DNA of 64,000 bases from Chloroflexota bacterium (lineage in GTDB: Bacteria; Chloroflexota; Anaerolineae; Caldilineales; Caldilineaceae): the NCBI GenBank assembly GCA_003451595.1, contig DMDA01000101.1:67531-131530 (forward strand), read 5' to 3'. The position numbers and the translations under genes were made by a program. Under the pieces are notes generated by a model. That model saw only the letters and a program-made list of their open reading frames with translations. It was not told the DNA's origin and ran no database searches. This document shows positions 52,938 through 61,843 of the stretch, piece after piece. Positions within the stretch are counted from its first letter, which is position 1. Each line of letters opens with the position of its first letter.

Positions 52938-55900
52938 ATGAGAATGACCATTAACTGGCATGCGATCAGGAGTGTCAATGGGTCCCAGGCGCATGGGTTT
53001 GAAGAACTATGCGCCCAGCTTGCGCGCGCCGAATGCCCTGTCGATGCAAAATTCGTGCGAAAGGGCACTCCTGATGCTGGCGTCGAGTGTTATGTAGTGT
53101 TTCCTGACGGTAGCGAATGGGGATGGCAAGCCAAGTACTTCGACAGCGTAGGCGATGCGCAGTGGGATCAACTCGATAAGTCTGTGAAGACTGCGCTTCA
53201 TAAGCATCCGCGCCTGGTTCGCTATTACATCTGTATCCCAATCGATCTGCCCGATGCTCGCAGCGAAGGGAGACGCTCCGCACAAGATCGATGGAGTGAA
53301 CATGTTCAGAAATGGATAGGGTGGGGATGCGAACAAGGGCGTAGTCTAGAGTTCGTTTACTGGGGAAGTTCTGAATTGATCGAGCGGCTTTCGCAGCCTA
53401 GAAATATCGGTCGCCTGCGCTTCTGGTTCGATACGATTGGATTCGACCAAGAGTGGTTTGAGCGTCGCCTCAATGAGTCAATCAGTGCGGCTGGACCGCG
53501 ATATACCCCGGAGATTCACGTTGATCTGGCGATTGCTCAAGAATTTGAGACGTTTGGCCGTACAGAACGATTCGTTGACTCGCTGAAAGCAAAGGCGCGC
53601 ATTATTCGCCAGGCACTTGATCATTTGCGGTATCAAGCTAGACAGCGAGATGACTCACCTCTCGACCCGGCATTGAGTGTACTGGAGTCCTCAATCAGGA
53701 CAGTTTTGCACCAGTTTGGATTACTTGAGGTTGATGCATCGGGAGATCTTCCGTTTAGCAAGATACTTGACAGCATTGATGCAGTTGAGTCGCCACTGTG
53801 TGCGCTGGAGCAGTTGGTGATCGACAAGGAGAGCGAGCACAATGCTCAATCATCCTCACAAAAAACCTCGCAGTTTCCACACCCCTATCGAATTAACCCG
53901 TTCGAGCATTTGCGCCGCCAAATTTGGGACCTTAGACAGGCGCTAGGCGAGACGAGAAGTGTACTCAACCATGCCGTCGAAGTTGCCGGCAAAGATCTGA
54001 TGATTCTGACAGGCCAGGCTGGCACGGGCAAAACGCATCTCTTGTGCGACATTGCCAGGAATCGTATTCAAGAGGGCCGGCCCACCATTCTGTTGATGGG
54101 TCAACGCTTTGTGAATCTGAGCGATCCCTGGACGCAGGTGCTGGAACAGTGTGATCTGCGAAGGTTTTCCGCAGATGAATTTGTGGGAGCGATTGAGGCA
54201 GCCGCTCAGGTAGCGAATTGTCGGGCGCTGGTAATGATTGACGCCCTAAACGAAGGGGCGGGGAGATCAGTCTGGCCGGTGAACCTCGCTGCGTTTTTAG
54301 CGCACCTTCGCAGGTCATCCTGGATTGGCACTGTTCTTGCAGTGCGATCCTCGTTTGAAGCGCGCTTGATTCCAGAGACGACTCGCCAGCAAGCAATTTA
54401 CATCGAACATAAAGGGTTCAACGAACGCGAATACGACGCAACACATACTTTTTTCGCTCACTACGGACTGGCGTTTCCAACCACCCCGCTTTTGGCGCCC
54501 GAATTTCGCAACCCTTTGTTCCTCAAAACCCTGTGCAAGGCGCTCAATACCAAAGGCGAACGAACACTCCCGCGAGGATTTCACGGTATTACTGCCATAT
54601 TCGAGATGTATCTTGATGGGATCAATCAACGTCTGGCAAACGATCTTCGTTTCGATTCACGACATCGGCTCGTACACAGAGCGCTGAACAGTTTTGTCCA
54701 ACAGTTTGTTGAAACCAACAAACGTTGGCTTTCGTGGCAAAAAGCCGAGGCCCTGGTAAACGAACTCCTTCCAGGCCGTGACAGCGAGAGTTCTTTGTAT
54801 CAGGCACTAGTCTCTGAAGGCGTCTTGGTCGAGGAAGGCTCCCTGTCAAGTAAATCAGACGACGAAGAAGTCGTTTTCTTGGCATACGAGCGGTTTGCCG
54901 ATCACCTGATCGCTAAGTTGTTGCTGGATAGATTTCTTGATCCTGCTGAGCCTGAAGCTGCGTTTGATTCTGGTGGGGGATTGGCATATTTATGCGATCC
55001 CAAAGTATACACTCCATCTGGTCTTCTTGAAGCCCTCTGCATTCAGGTCCCAGAACGAGTTGGACGGGAATTGACCGCGCTTGCTCCGGATATTGCCAGG
55101 CGTCATTCCATTGGTGATGCTTTCCGGCAAAGTATTATCTGGCGTAGGCTAGACGCATTTTCCGCGGAAACTCGTGGGCAGATGCAGCGCTTCATCCAGA
55201 ACCGGTATCAATTAGGCGAAACCCTGGATGCCCTTCTTACCGTTGCCACCCTACCTGAACATCCGCTGAACGCAGACTACCTTGATCAACAACTGCGCCG
55301 AGATTCGATGCCTCAGCGAGACTCATGGTGGAGCACTTACCTTCATCGTGCGTGGAGCACACAAGGCGCTGTGGACAGACTGGTTGAATGGGCCTGGCAG
55401 ATAGCTCCCAATCAAAATCTTGATGGTGACTCGGTCGAACTATGCGCCGTTTCATTGGCATGGATGCTCTCCACTCCAAACCGCTTCTTGCGAGACCGAG
55501 CGACCAAGGCTCTCGTAAGCCTCCTGACAGGATACTTCAATGTAGCAGAAAAACTCGTTGCACGCTTCGCTGACGTCGACGACCTTTATATCCGTGAACG
55601 AATCTTTGCAGTTGCATATGGTATTTGCATGCGCAGCCAGAATGTCGCTGTCATCGGACGGTTAGCTAAACTGGTCTACGATCTGGTATTTGCGGCTGGT
55701 GAGCCTCCTGCCCATATCCTGTTGAGAGATTATGCACGTGGTGTGATTGAGCGTGCACTTTATCTGAAGGCTGACATTCAGGTGGATGAAACGCTCATCC
55801 GCCCACCTTACAGAAGCCATTGGCCTGCAATACCCACTGAAGATGAAATCGAGCAACTGTTTCCTAAAGATGAAGACGTCGCATGGAATAGCAGCGACAC

Positions 55901-57335
55901 AGCCTGGTCAAAGAATCGAATTCGTCGGTCGGTTATGAGCGATGACTTTGCCTGGTATGTGATCGGCACAAATTCCGGGCGAATCAACTGGACATCATTG
56001 CGCATCGACGAACCAATATCTTCTGGAGCCAGCCAGGCGCAAACCGTCGCTTTCGACGCATTAGAGTCAACGCACACTACGGCTCACATTCGCCAACTGA
56101 ACGAGTTGCTAACGGTTACAAACTCTAGCGAAGATAGAGAGCCGCAGCGATTCGACCTTTCCGTGATTCAACGCTATGTAGTCATGCGAGTATTCGATCT
56201 CGGCTGGACTACAGACCGATTCGGGGAGTTCGATCGCTTTTATATTAGGCATAGCGGCCGGGAAGCATCAAAACCTGAGCGGATGGGCAAGAAATACCAG
56301 TGGATTGCCTATCATGAGATCATGGCGCTGGTGGCTGACCACTTCCAATTCCGAGATGACCAAATCGCTGATACCTACGAGGGTCCCTGGCAGGATAGGT
56401 TCCGCGATATCGATCCATCGTGTACGTTGCGGTGCATACCTGGAGGAACATCCTGGGATTCTCATCAAACGGCGTGGTGGGCGGAAGCTCGATATGACTG
56501 GTGGACCGCTCAACCAGAACCTGTTGCCTGGACATCTGATCATAGCGATCTGCCTGCCATCAAGGATTTACTCAGAGTTGTTTGGCCCAACGACGGCTCA
56601 CAATGGCTGAACCTCTGCGGGTACTTTCACTGGAAGCGACCGACGCCAGCAGACAAAGAAGATACTGAGATAGAGCGGCGCGATCTCTGGTATATATGCA
56701 CAGGCTATCTTATCCTATTGACGGATGTCGATGCCTTTATTGAATGGTCACAAACAGTAGATTTCTGGGGACGGTGGATGCCTGAGCCTGCTCAGCTATC
56801 TGGTGTCTATCTGGGCGAGATCGGATGGTCGCCTGCATACCGATATTTCCAGCACCCATATTTCGGCGACGAGGGGTGGACAACTCCAGCCAAAGAATGC
56901 CCTGTGAAAATACGAGTGGCTGCCAGCGAATATCTGTGTGAAAGTGGTGGATTCGACTGTTCGATCGATGACACCTATAAGCTCCGAATTCCTTCAGTTG
57001 ATCTGCTTGAAGGCCTTGGTTTGAAGTGGAGCGGGCAAGCCGCTGACTATGTCAATTCTGATGGCCAGGTTTTGGTATTCGACCCAACTGCCCATTTGCC
57101 AGGTCCGGATGCCTTGCTAATACGAGAGGATTTGTTTCAAGAATATCTTGCACAAGCAGGCTTGACCATCTGTTGGGTAGTGCTAGGAGAGAAACGAGTT
57201 CTTGGTCCTGGGATCGACGCAAGCTACTTCGAATCGCTGCGACTCACCGGAACCTATACACTAAGGAATTCCGCAATCGATGGCAACATGCGATATTCGA
57301 CACCGATAGATACTTCAGGAGCAAGCCAGGATTGA
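52938..57335 (+). CDS. Giant Mrr-like PD-(D/E)xK nuclease + STAND/NACHT-like P-loop NTPase + ~900-aa C-terminal region (Avs-like antiviral STAND candidate)
   Basis: The N-terminus (GFEELCAQLA...GTPDAGVECYVV...WGWQAKYF) follows the Mrr_cat pattern FE..L / D.G.E / Q.K. Walker A is LTGQAGTGKTHLLCD and Walker B is LVMIDALNEG. No TPR or helicase motifs seen. Spot G+C is about 50-52%. RBS ggcgagg lies before ATG 52938. Confidence 0.6.
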   Translation: MRMTINWHAIRSVNGSQAHGFEELCAQLARAECPVDAKFVRKGTPDAGVECYVVFPDGSEWGWQAKYFDSVGDAQWDQLDKSVKTALHKHPRLVRYYICIPIDLPDARSEGRRSAQDRWSEHVQKWIGWGCEQGRSLEFVYWGSSELIERLSQPRNIGRLRFWFDTIGFDQEWFERRLNESISAAGPRYTPEIHVDLAIAQEFETFGRTERFVDSLKAKARIIRQALDHLRYQARQRDDSPLDPALSVLESSIRTVLHQFGLLEVDASGDLPFSKILDSIDAVESPLCALEQLVIDKESEHNAQSSSQKTSQFPHPYRINPFEHLRRQIWDLRQALGETRSVLNHAVEVAGKDLMILTGQAGTGKTHLLCDIARNRIQEGRPTILLMGQRFVNLSDPWTQVLEQCDLRRFSADEFVGAIEAAAQVANCRALVMIDALNEGAGRSVWPVNLAAFLAHLRRSSWIGTVLAVRSSFEARLIPETTRQQAIYIEHKGFNEREYDATHTFFAHYGLAFPTTPLLAPEFRNPLFLKTLCKALNTKGERTLPRGFHGITAIFEMYLDGINQRLANDLRFDSRHRLVHRALNSFVQQFVETNKRWLSWQKAEALVNELLPGRDSESSLYQALVSEGVLVEEGSLSSKSDDEEVVFLAYERFADHLIAKLLLDRFLDPAEPEAAFDSGGGLAYLCDPKVYTPSGLLEALCIQVPERVGRELTALAPDIARRHSIGDAFRQSIIWRRLDAFSAETRGQMQRFIQNRYQLGETLDALLTVATLPEHPLNADYLDQQLRRDSMPQRDSWWSTYLHRAWSTQGAVDRLVEWAWQIAPNQNLDGDSVELCAVSLAWMLSTPNRFLRDRATKALVSLLTGYFNVAEKLVARFADVDDLYIRERIFAVAYGICMRSQNVAVIGRLAKLVYDLVFAAGEPPAHILLRDYARGVIERALYLKADIQVDETLIRPPYRSHWPAIPTEDEIEQLFPKDEDVAWNSSDTAWSKNRIRRSVMSDDFAWYVIGTNSGRINWTSLRIDEPISSGASQAQTVAFDALESTHTTAHIRQLNELLTVTNSSEDREPQRFDLSVIQRYVVMRVFDLGWTTDRFGEFDRFYIRHSGREASKPERMGKKYQWIAYHEIMALVADHFQFRDDQIADTYEGPWQDRFRDIDPSCTLRCIPGGTSWDSHQTAWWAEARYDWWTAQPEPVAWTSDHSDLPAIKDLLRVVWPNDGSQWLNLCGYFHWKRPTPADKEDTEIERRDLWYICTGYLILLTDVDAFIEWSQTVDFWGRWMPEPAQLSGVYLGEIGWSPAYRYFQHPYFGDEGWTTPAKECPVKIRVAASEYLCESGGFDCSIDDTYKLRIPSVDLLEGLGLKWSGQAADYVNSDGQVLVFDPTAHLPGPDALLIREDLFQEYLAQAGLTICWVVLGEKRVLGPGIDASYFESLRLTGTYTLRNSAIDGNMRYSTPIDTSGASQD

Positions 57336-57414
57336 AGCCTTGCACTTTTAATCATATTTTCCAAGCCGGATTGTGGAGTCATTTCGACCGTTTGAATTAG
57401 GAGCATGCATCCCA

Positions 57415-59958
57415 ATGCCCAAACGCAAACCCACCACCCACCAACCCACCCTCTACCACAAACCCGTGCCCACCATGCCGGAGGGCTACTACTCCTCCGG
57501 CCCCAACCCGAACCTGGGCAAATTCGTCGCCGAGCACGCCAAGCCCTATGACCCGGCTACCGACACGTACAACGTGCCGCCCTTCGACAAGCCGATCACC
57601 ACGACCAAGGCGACGGCGATCTACAACATGCACACCTACTGGTCGAAGAAGCCCCACGACGCCATCCGCCAGTACATCCGCCACTACACCCAGCCGGGCG
57701 ACCTGGTGCTCGACCCCTTCTGCGGCAGCGGCGGCACGGCGCTGGCAGCGCTGATGGAGGGCCGCGCCGCCATCGCCATCGACCTCTCGCCGGCGGCCAC
57801 CTTCATTACCAAGAACTACTGCACGCCGGTGGACGTGGCTGAGCTGGAGCGCGCCTTTGCCGAGCTGGAGGCGAAGGTCAAGCCGGAGATGGAGTGGCTC
57901 TATGAGACGCGCTGCGACCGCTGCGACGGCCGCGCGCTGACGAGCTACACCGTCTATTCGCAGGTCTTTCGCTGTGAGCGCTGCCTGGCGGAGGTTCCGC
58001 TCTTCGACTGTGTGGAGGTGCAAAGCACGACGCTGGCCGGCAAGCCCAAGACGATCAGCGCCTGCCCGCACTGCTACGCCGCCGGCGTGGTCGAGGAGAT
58101 CAGCACGCGCAGCAGCGCCAAGCTGGGCGCCGTGCCCGTGCTGGTGAGCTACGAATGCCAGGAAGGCTGCAAGCCCAAGCGCGGCGAGCGCCGCCACAAT
58201 GACCCCGACGCCAAGAAGCGGCGCTTTTTCGAGGAATACGACCTGGGCAAGCTGGCGGAGATCGAGGCAAAACCGATCCCCTACTGGACGCCGCCGCACC
58301 GCATGATGAACGTCGCATCAGACACCGAACCGTGGGGCGACGAATGGCGACCGGGGCGCAACTTCCGCACGGTGGCGGAGTTGTTCACGAAGCGGAATTT
58401 GTGGGCGCTGGCGTTGTTGGCACATTTCATCCGTCGACTCAACTATAGTAATGGAAACGTGCAAGATCAGCTTCGATTGGCATTCAGCGGGACAATCTTG
58501 AATGTGTCAAGAATGCTCAAACAAAGTGAGCAGTGGGGCGGTGCGCTTCAGATGGGCACCTACTATATGCCGCAGATCAGCCGTGAGTCACCTGTGTTCA
58601 TTGGTTTTGACTACAAGTACCGAGATGTGAAACGGGGACTTGATGCTATTGGTTCGATTATTACAGAACCGAATGTTCTCATCTCCACTCAATCTGCGAC
58701 TGCACTCGGCGAGATCGATTCTGATAGCATCGACTACATATTCACCGACCCGCCCTACGCTGACAAAGTGCAGTATGGTGAGTTGAACTTTATTTGGGAA
58801 GCATGGCTCGACTTGCAGCCTCGCTGGCACGATGCCGAAATCATCGTAAATAAGACACGCGGTCTGTCTGACACCGAATGGGCAAACTCGATGAGTAACG
58901 CTCTGCGCGAGTGTTTCCGAGTATTGAAGCCTAATCGGTGGCTATCACTGTGCTATCACGATACCAGCGAGGGAACATGGGCATTAGTCCAAGATATAAT
59001 GGCTGACATAGGGTTTATTCCTGAAACTATCGGAGATACCCTGTTCATCGATACCGGTCAGAAATCCTACAATCAGTTGATGGCCGACAAAGTCACCAAG
59101 CGCGACCTGGTGATCAACTTCCGCAAGCCGCGCCCCGGCGAGACTGGCGCGGTCGTGCTCACCGGCGACGAGGATGCCGCCGCCTTCGCCGACAAGGCGC
59201 GCGCCATCCTGGTCGAGGCGCTGGAAGCGCACCCCGGCAGCCCCGCCGACCGCCTCTACGACATCCTCGTCTCGCGCATGGTGCGCCGCGGCGAGTTCGA
59301 GCGCCACAACTTCCAGGCGCTGCTCGAATCGGTGGCCGAACCGGTGCGCGAGGCGCTGATGCAGGAACTCTTCACCCCGCGCCCGCCTGATCTCTTTGGC
59401 CAGCACGCGCAGGTGCGCTGGTATCTGCGCGCCACCGCCGACGACCTGGACGACGCCGAACGCACGCGCGAGGAAGCCGCCGCCGCGCGGCTGGAAGCCT
59501 ATATGCGCAGCGCGATCGACTACACTGCGCCCGCCGGCGCCGACGCGGGCGTCCACTACTCCGACCTCTTCGAGCACTACCTGCCCGTCAAGGAAAAGCC
59601 GCGGCGTCTGCTGCAGGAGTGGCTGCCCGAATTCTTCTTCAAGACCGCCGACGGCGCCTGGCGGCCCCCGCTCACCGCCGAGGAGCGGGCGCAGAAGCAG
59701 GCATTGCGCGCCGGCGGCAGCCTGCGCCGCATCAAGCGCTTCGTCCACGCGCTGGAGCAGGGCGTCCCGCCCGCGCCGCGCGACCTGCCCGCGTCGCTCG
59801 CCGACGCCGCCGACTGGATCCGCCAGTGTCGTCGCGCCGGCCTCTATCGCTACGGGCGGGCGATCTACGAACGCGGCGGCTTCGACTTCGCCAACCTCCA
59901 CGCCGAGGCGCAGGCCGAGGTAGAGGAGGATTATCAGATCTGCGTACGGCGGAGCTAA
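57415..59958 (+). CDS. DNA methyltransferase with motif I before motif IV and an intervening Cys4 Zn-ribbon (PglXI-like/COG1743-like rather than canonical PglX)
   Basis: AdoMet motif VLDPFCGSGGTALAA (57712 onward), Cys clusters CDRCDG...CERC...CPHC (about 57913-58077), and catalytic FTDPPY (58741-58758). 847 aa. RBS aggag lies 12 nt before ATG 57415. Confidence 0.75.
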   Translation: MPKRKPTTHQPTLYHKPVPTMPEGYYSSGPNPNLGKFVAEHAKPYDPATDTYNVPPFDKPITTTKATAIYNMHTYWSKKPHDAIRQYIRHYTQPGDLVLDPFCGSGGTALAALMEGRAAIAIDLSPAATFITKNYCTPVDVAELERAFAELEAKVKPEMEWLYETRCDRCDGRALTSYTVYSQVFRCERCLAEVPLFDCVEVQSTTLAGKPKTISACPHCYAAGVVEEISTRSSAKLGAVPVLVSYECQEGCKPKRGERRHNDPDAKKRRFFEEYDLGKLAEIEAKPIPYWTPPHRMMNVASDTEPWGDEWRPGRNFRTVAELFTKRNLWALALLAHFIRRLNYSNGNVQDQLRLAFSGTILNVSRMLKQSEQWGGALQMGTYYMPQISRESPVFIGFDYKYRDVKRGLDAIGSIITEPNVLISTQSATALGEIDSDSIDYIFTDPPYADKVQYGELNFIWEAWLDLQPRWHDAEIIVNKTRGLSDTEWANSMSNALRECFRVLKPNRWLSLCYHDTSEGTWALVQDIMADIGFIPETIGDTLFIDTGQKSYNQLMADKVTKRDLVINFRKPRPGETGAVVLTGDEDAAAFADKARAILVEALEAHPGSPADRLYDILVSRMVRRGEFERHNFQALLESVAEPVREALMQELFTPRPPDLFGQHAQVRWYLRATADDLDDAERTREEAAAARLEAYMRSAIDYTAPAGADAGVHYSDLFEHYLPVKEKPRRLLQEWLPEFFFKTADGAWRPPLTAEERAQKQALRAGGSLRRIKRFVHALEQGVPPAPRDLPASLADAADWIRQCRRAGLYRYGRAIYERGGFDFANLHAEAQAEVEEDYQICVRRS

Positions 59959-59996
59959 GCAGCCTCATAACACCCGGTCTGATCGCTGCAAACGGT

Positions 59997-60044
59997 TTGC
60001 TTGCTTGCGCTCCGTTCCAGTATACTGCGTACAATGTGTACGCA
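59997..60044 (+). promoter_or_regulatory. TA promoter TTGCTT-N18-TATACT with overlapping operator palindrome
   Basis: ttgctt at 59997-60002 and tatact at 60021-60026. The perfect inverted repeat is tgcgtaca (60026-60033), atg, tgtacgca (60037-60044). RBS aggagga follows. Confidence 0.6.
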
Positions 60045-60062
60045 AATTGCCAGGAGGATGCC

Positions 60063-60356
60063 ATGACCATCACAACGTGGGACAGCCGGGCAGCACGCGA
60101 GAACTGGCGCAAGCTGCTCGATGCGGCGACAACCGGTCGCAGCGACATCGTCATCACGCGCCACGGCCAGCCGGCTGCGGCGCTGATCGCGTATGAGGAT
60201 TATCTGGCGCTGCAAGAGGAGCTGGACGAACTGCGCGCCGCGCGTCGCGCCGAAGAAACCGTGGCCGCCTGGCGCGCCGCCCCGTCCATGGCGCGCCCCT
60301 GGACGGAGGTCGAAGCCGAGCTGGTTGCCCGGGATCTGCTTGATGCCGAACCCTGA
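60063..60356 (+). CDS. Phd/YefM-family antitoxin
   Basis: 97 aa. The N-terminus (TWDSRAARENWRKLLDAATTGRSDIVITRHGQPAAALIAYEDYLAL) is typical of Phd/YefM. Confidence 0.8.
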   Translation: MTITTWDSRAARENWRKLLDAATTGRSDIVITRHGQPAAALIAYEDYLALQEELDELRAARRAEETVAAWRAAPSMARPWTEVEAELVARDLLDAEP

Positions 60357-60624
60357 GCCGCCGCGCTATGTCGTGCAGATCATCAAGCGCGAGCAGAAGG
60401 TGCTCGAACGCCTGCCGCGCGATCTCCTGCAGCGCATTCGGCGCGCGATCAACAGCCTGGCCGATCATCCGAGGCCAGCGGGCAGTAAAAAGCTGGCGGG
60501 CGTCGAGAATTACCACCGCCTGCGCGTCGGCGACTGGCGGATCACCTATGCGATCTTCGACGACACCCTGATTGTCCTAGTCGTCGAAGTCGCGCTGCAT
60601 GGGGATGCGTATCTGCATCTATGA
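60343..60624 (+). CDS. RelE/ParE-family toxin
   Basis: 93 aa, overlapping the antitoxin by 14 nt. KKLAGVENYHRLRVGDWRITYAIFDDTLIVLVVEV matches the RelE/ParE core. Confidence 0.8.
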   Translation: MPNPEPPRYVVQIIKREQKVLERLPRDLLQRIRRAINSLADHPRPAGSKKLAGVENYHRLRVGDWRITYAIFDDTLIVLVVEVALHGDAYLHL

Positions 60625-60727
60625 TGTCCTCACAGCCCGACATTCGCGACAGCGCCTGCCTGACCTGCGCTGCATGTCATCTGGCAAACGGTGTCTTCAA
60701 GTGTTGTAGCCTGACAGGAGCGTGTTC

Positions 60728-61843
60728 ATGCGGATTCGAGAAATAGAGTTTTCCGACTTTCGAGCCTTTCGCGGTCAGCGACGGGTGTCGTTTGTCGATC
60801 CGATCGGCGCCAGGCCGCGCCCGCTCACGATCCTGGCCGGTTCCAATGGCAGCGGCAAGACGACCATCTTCAACGTGATCGAAGCGCTGTTGGCATTCGT
60901 CTTGGAGCCAGATCAACCCGCAGCGCTGCTCGACGAGATCAGCGAAACAGGTCTCGTGTGCATGTCCGTCGAACTCGACCCGCTCGACATCGGCAACGGC
61001 AGTGACCAGCGTGCGCTGGTTGACCTGCCAGAGATCATGCATATTGCCGTCGGGCGTCGAGATCTGGCGCCGGCGCAGCCGGAGCAGGTCTGGCCCAATT
61101 TGTTCTGCCGGCTCGTGCAGCGCAATGTGCAGGGACGCCCCTTTGTGCGCAAGACGCCGCTGGCAGAGCGGCTGCGCCGCGCCGTTTCGCAGATGCATCA
61201 AGGGCAGCATCCGCTCTACGGCGGCTACCTCTATTTTCCGCATGATCGCCAGTTGCGCACATCGCACGGCGGGCCAATTGAACCCCCGCCGGAAGAACGT
61301 CCATGGCGCTTCCGGCTGGCGCCCAACGAACGCTGGCAGGGCAGCCTAGAACAACTGTGGGTCTGGCAGAACTATCTCGATCTGGAGCAGGGAAACCAGA
61401 AGGGGGAGCGCCTGGCGTCATTTGTCAAGACGTTGGAGTCTCTGCTCGGCGAGCATCGCCCGATCACGGTGCGCGAAGGCAGGGCGACGGTGCCGGCAGC
61501 CTGGAGCCGCGGCAGCGAAAAATCTGTGCTGTTGCGGCTGGATCAGTTGCCCTCCGGTGAACAGCAGTGTCTGCTCCTCTTTGGCGAGCTGGCACGGCGC
61601 CGGCGCGAAGGCGCCGTGATCGCCATCGACGAAGTGGAGAACAGCCTGCATCCCACGCTGCAGCGCCTGGTGATGTGGAATCTGACGCGAATCGCGCGTG
61701 AGTGGGATGCACAGGTGATTGTCGCCACGCATTCATGGGAGATCATCAACAGCGTGCGCAGCGACGCGTTTGTGAATCTGGACTATCCAGAGGATCGCTT
61801 CGATCTACCGGTCGCGGCAGTAGCTGCAGGAGTCGATGCGTGA
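60728..61843 (+). CDS. ariA: ABC/SMC-type ATPase, AriA-like (PARIS-like system component)
   Basis: IREIEFSDFRAFRG N-terminus, Walker A LAGSNGSGKTT, signature LPSGEQQ, Walker B VIAIDEVENSLHP, H-loop VATHS. RBS aggag lies before ATG 60728. Confidence 0.65.
   Translation: MRIREIEFSDFRAFRGQRRVSFVDPIGARPRPLTILAGSNGSGKTTIFNVIEALLAFVLEPDQPAALLDEISETGLVCMSVELDPLDIGNGSDQRALVDLPEIMHIAVGRRDLAPAQPEQVWPNLFCRLVQRNVQGRPFVRKTPLAERLRRAVSQMHQGQHPLYGGYLYFPHDRQLRTSHGGPIEPPPEERPWRFRLAPNERWQGSLEQLWVWQNYLDLEQGNQKGERLASFVKTLESLLGEHRPITVREGRATVPAAWSRGSEKSVLLRLDQLPSGEQQCLLLFGELARRRREGAVIAIDEVENSLHPTLQRLVMWNLTRIAREWDAQVIVATHSWEIINSVRSDAFVNLDYPEDRFDLPVAAVAAGVDA

Noticed and set aside
52938-57335. Interpreting the giant ORF as the BREX helicase (BrxHI/BrxHII) or as PglW
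   Set aside because: I could not find SF2 helicase motifs (DEAD/DEAH box, SAT, QRxGR) or kinase motifs. The only NTPase signature is a single P-loop with a NACHT-like Walker B, preceded by an Mrr-like nuclease pattern.
57397-59901. Minus-strand ORFs 57397-58299 (300 aa) and 58984-59901 (305 aa)
   Set aside because: They are antisense to the methyltransferase ORF, which carries motif I, a Zn-ribbon and DPPY. They are useful only as an indirect marker that the two ends of that gene are very GC-rich while the centre is not.
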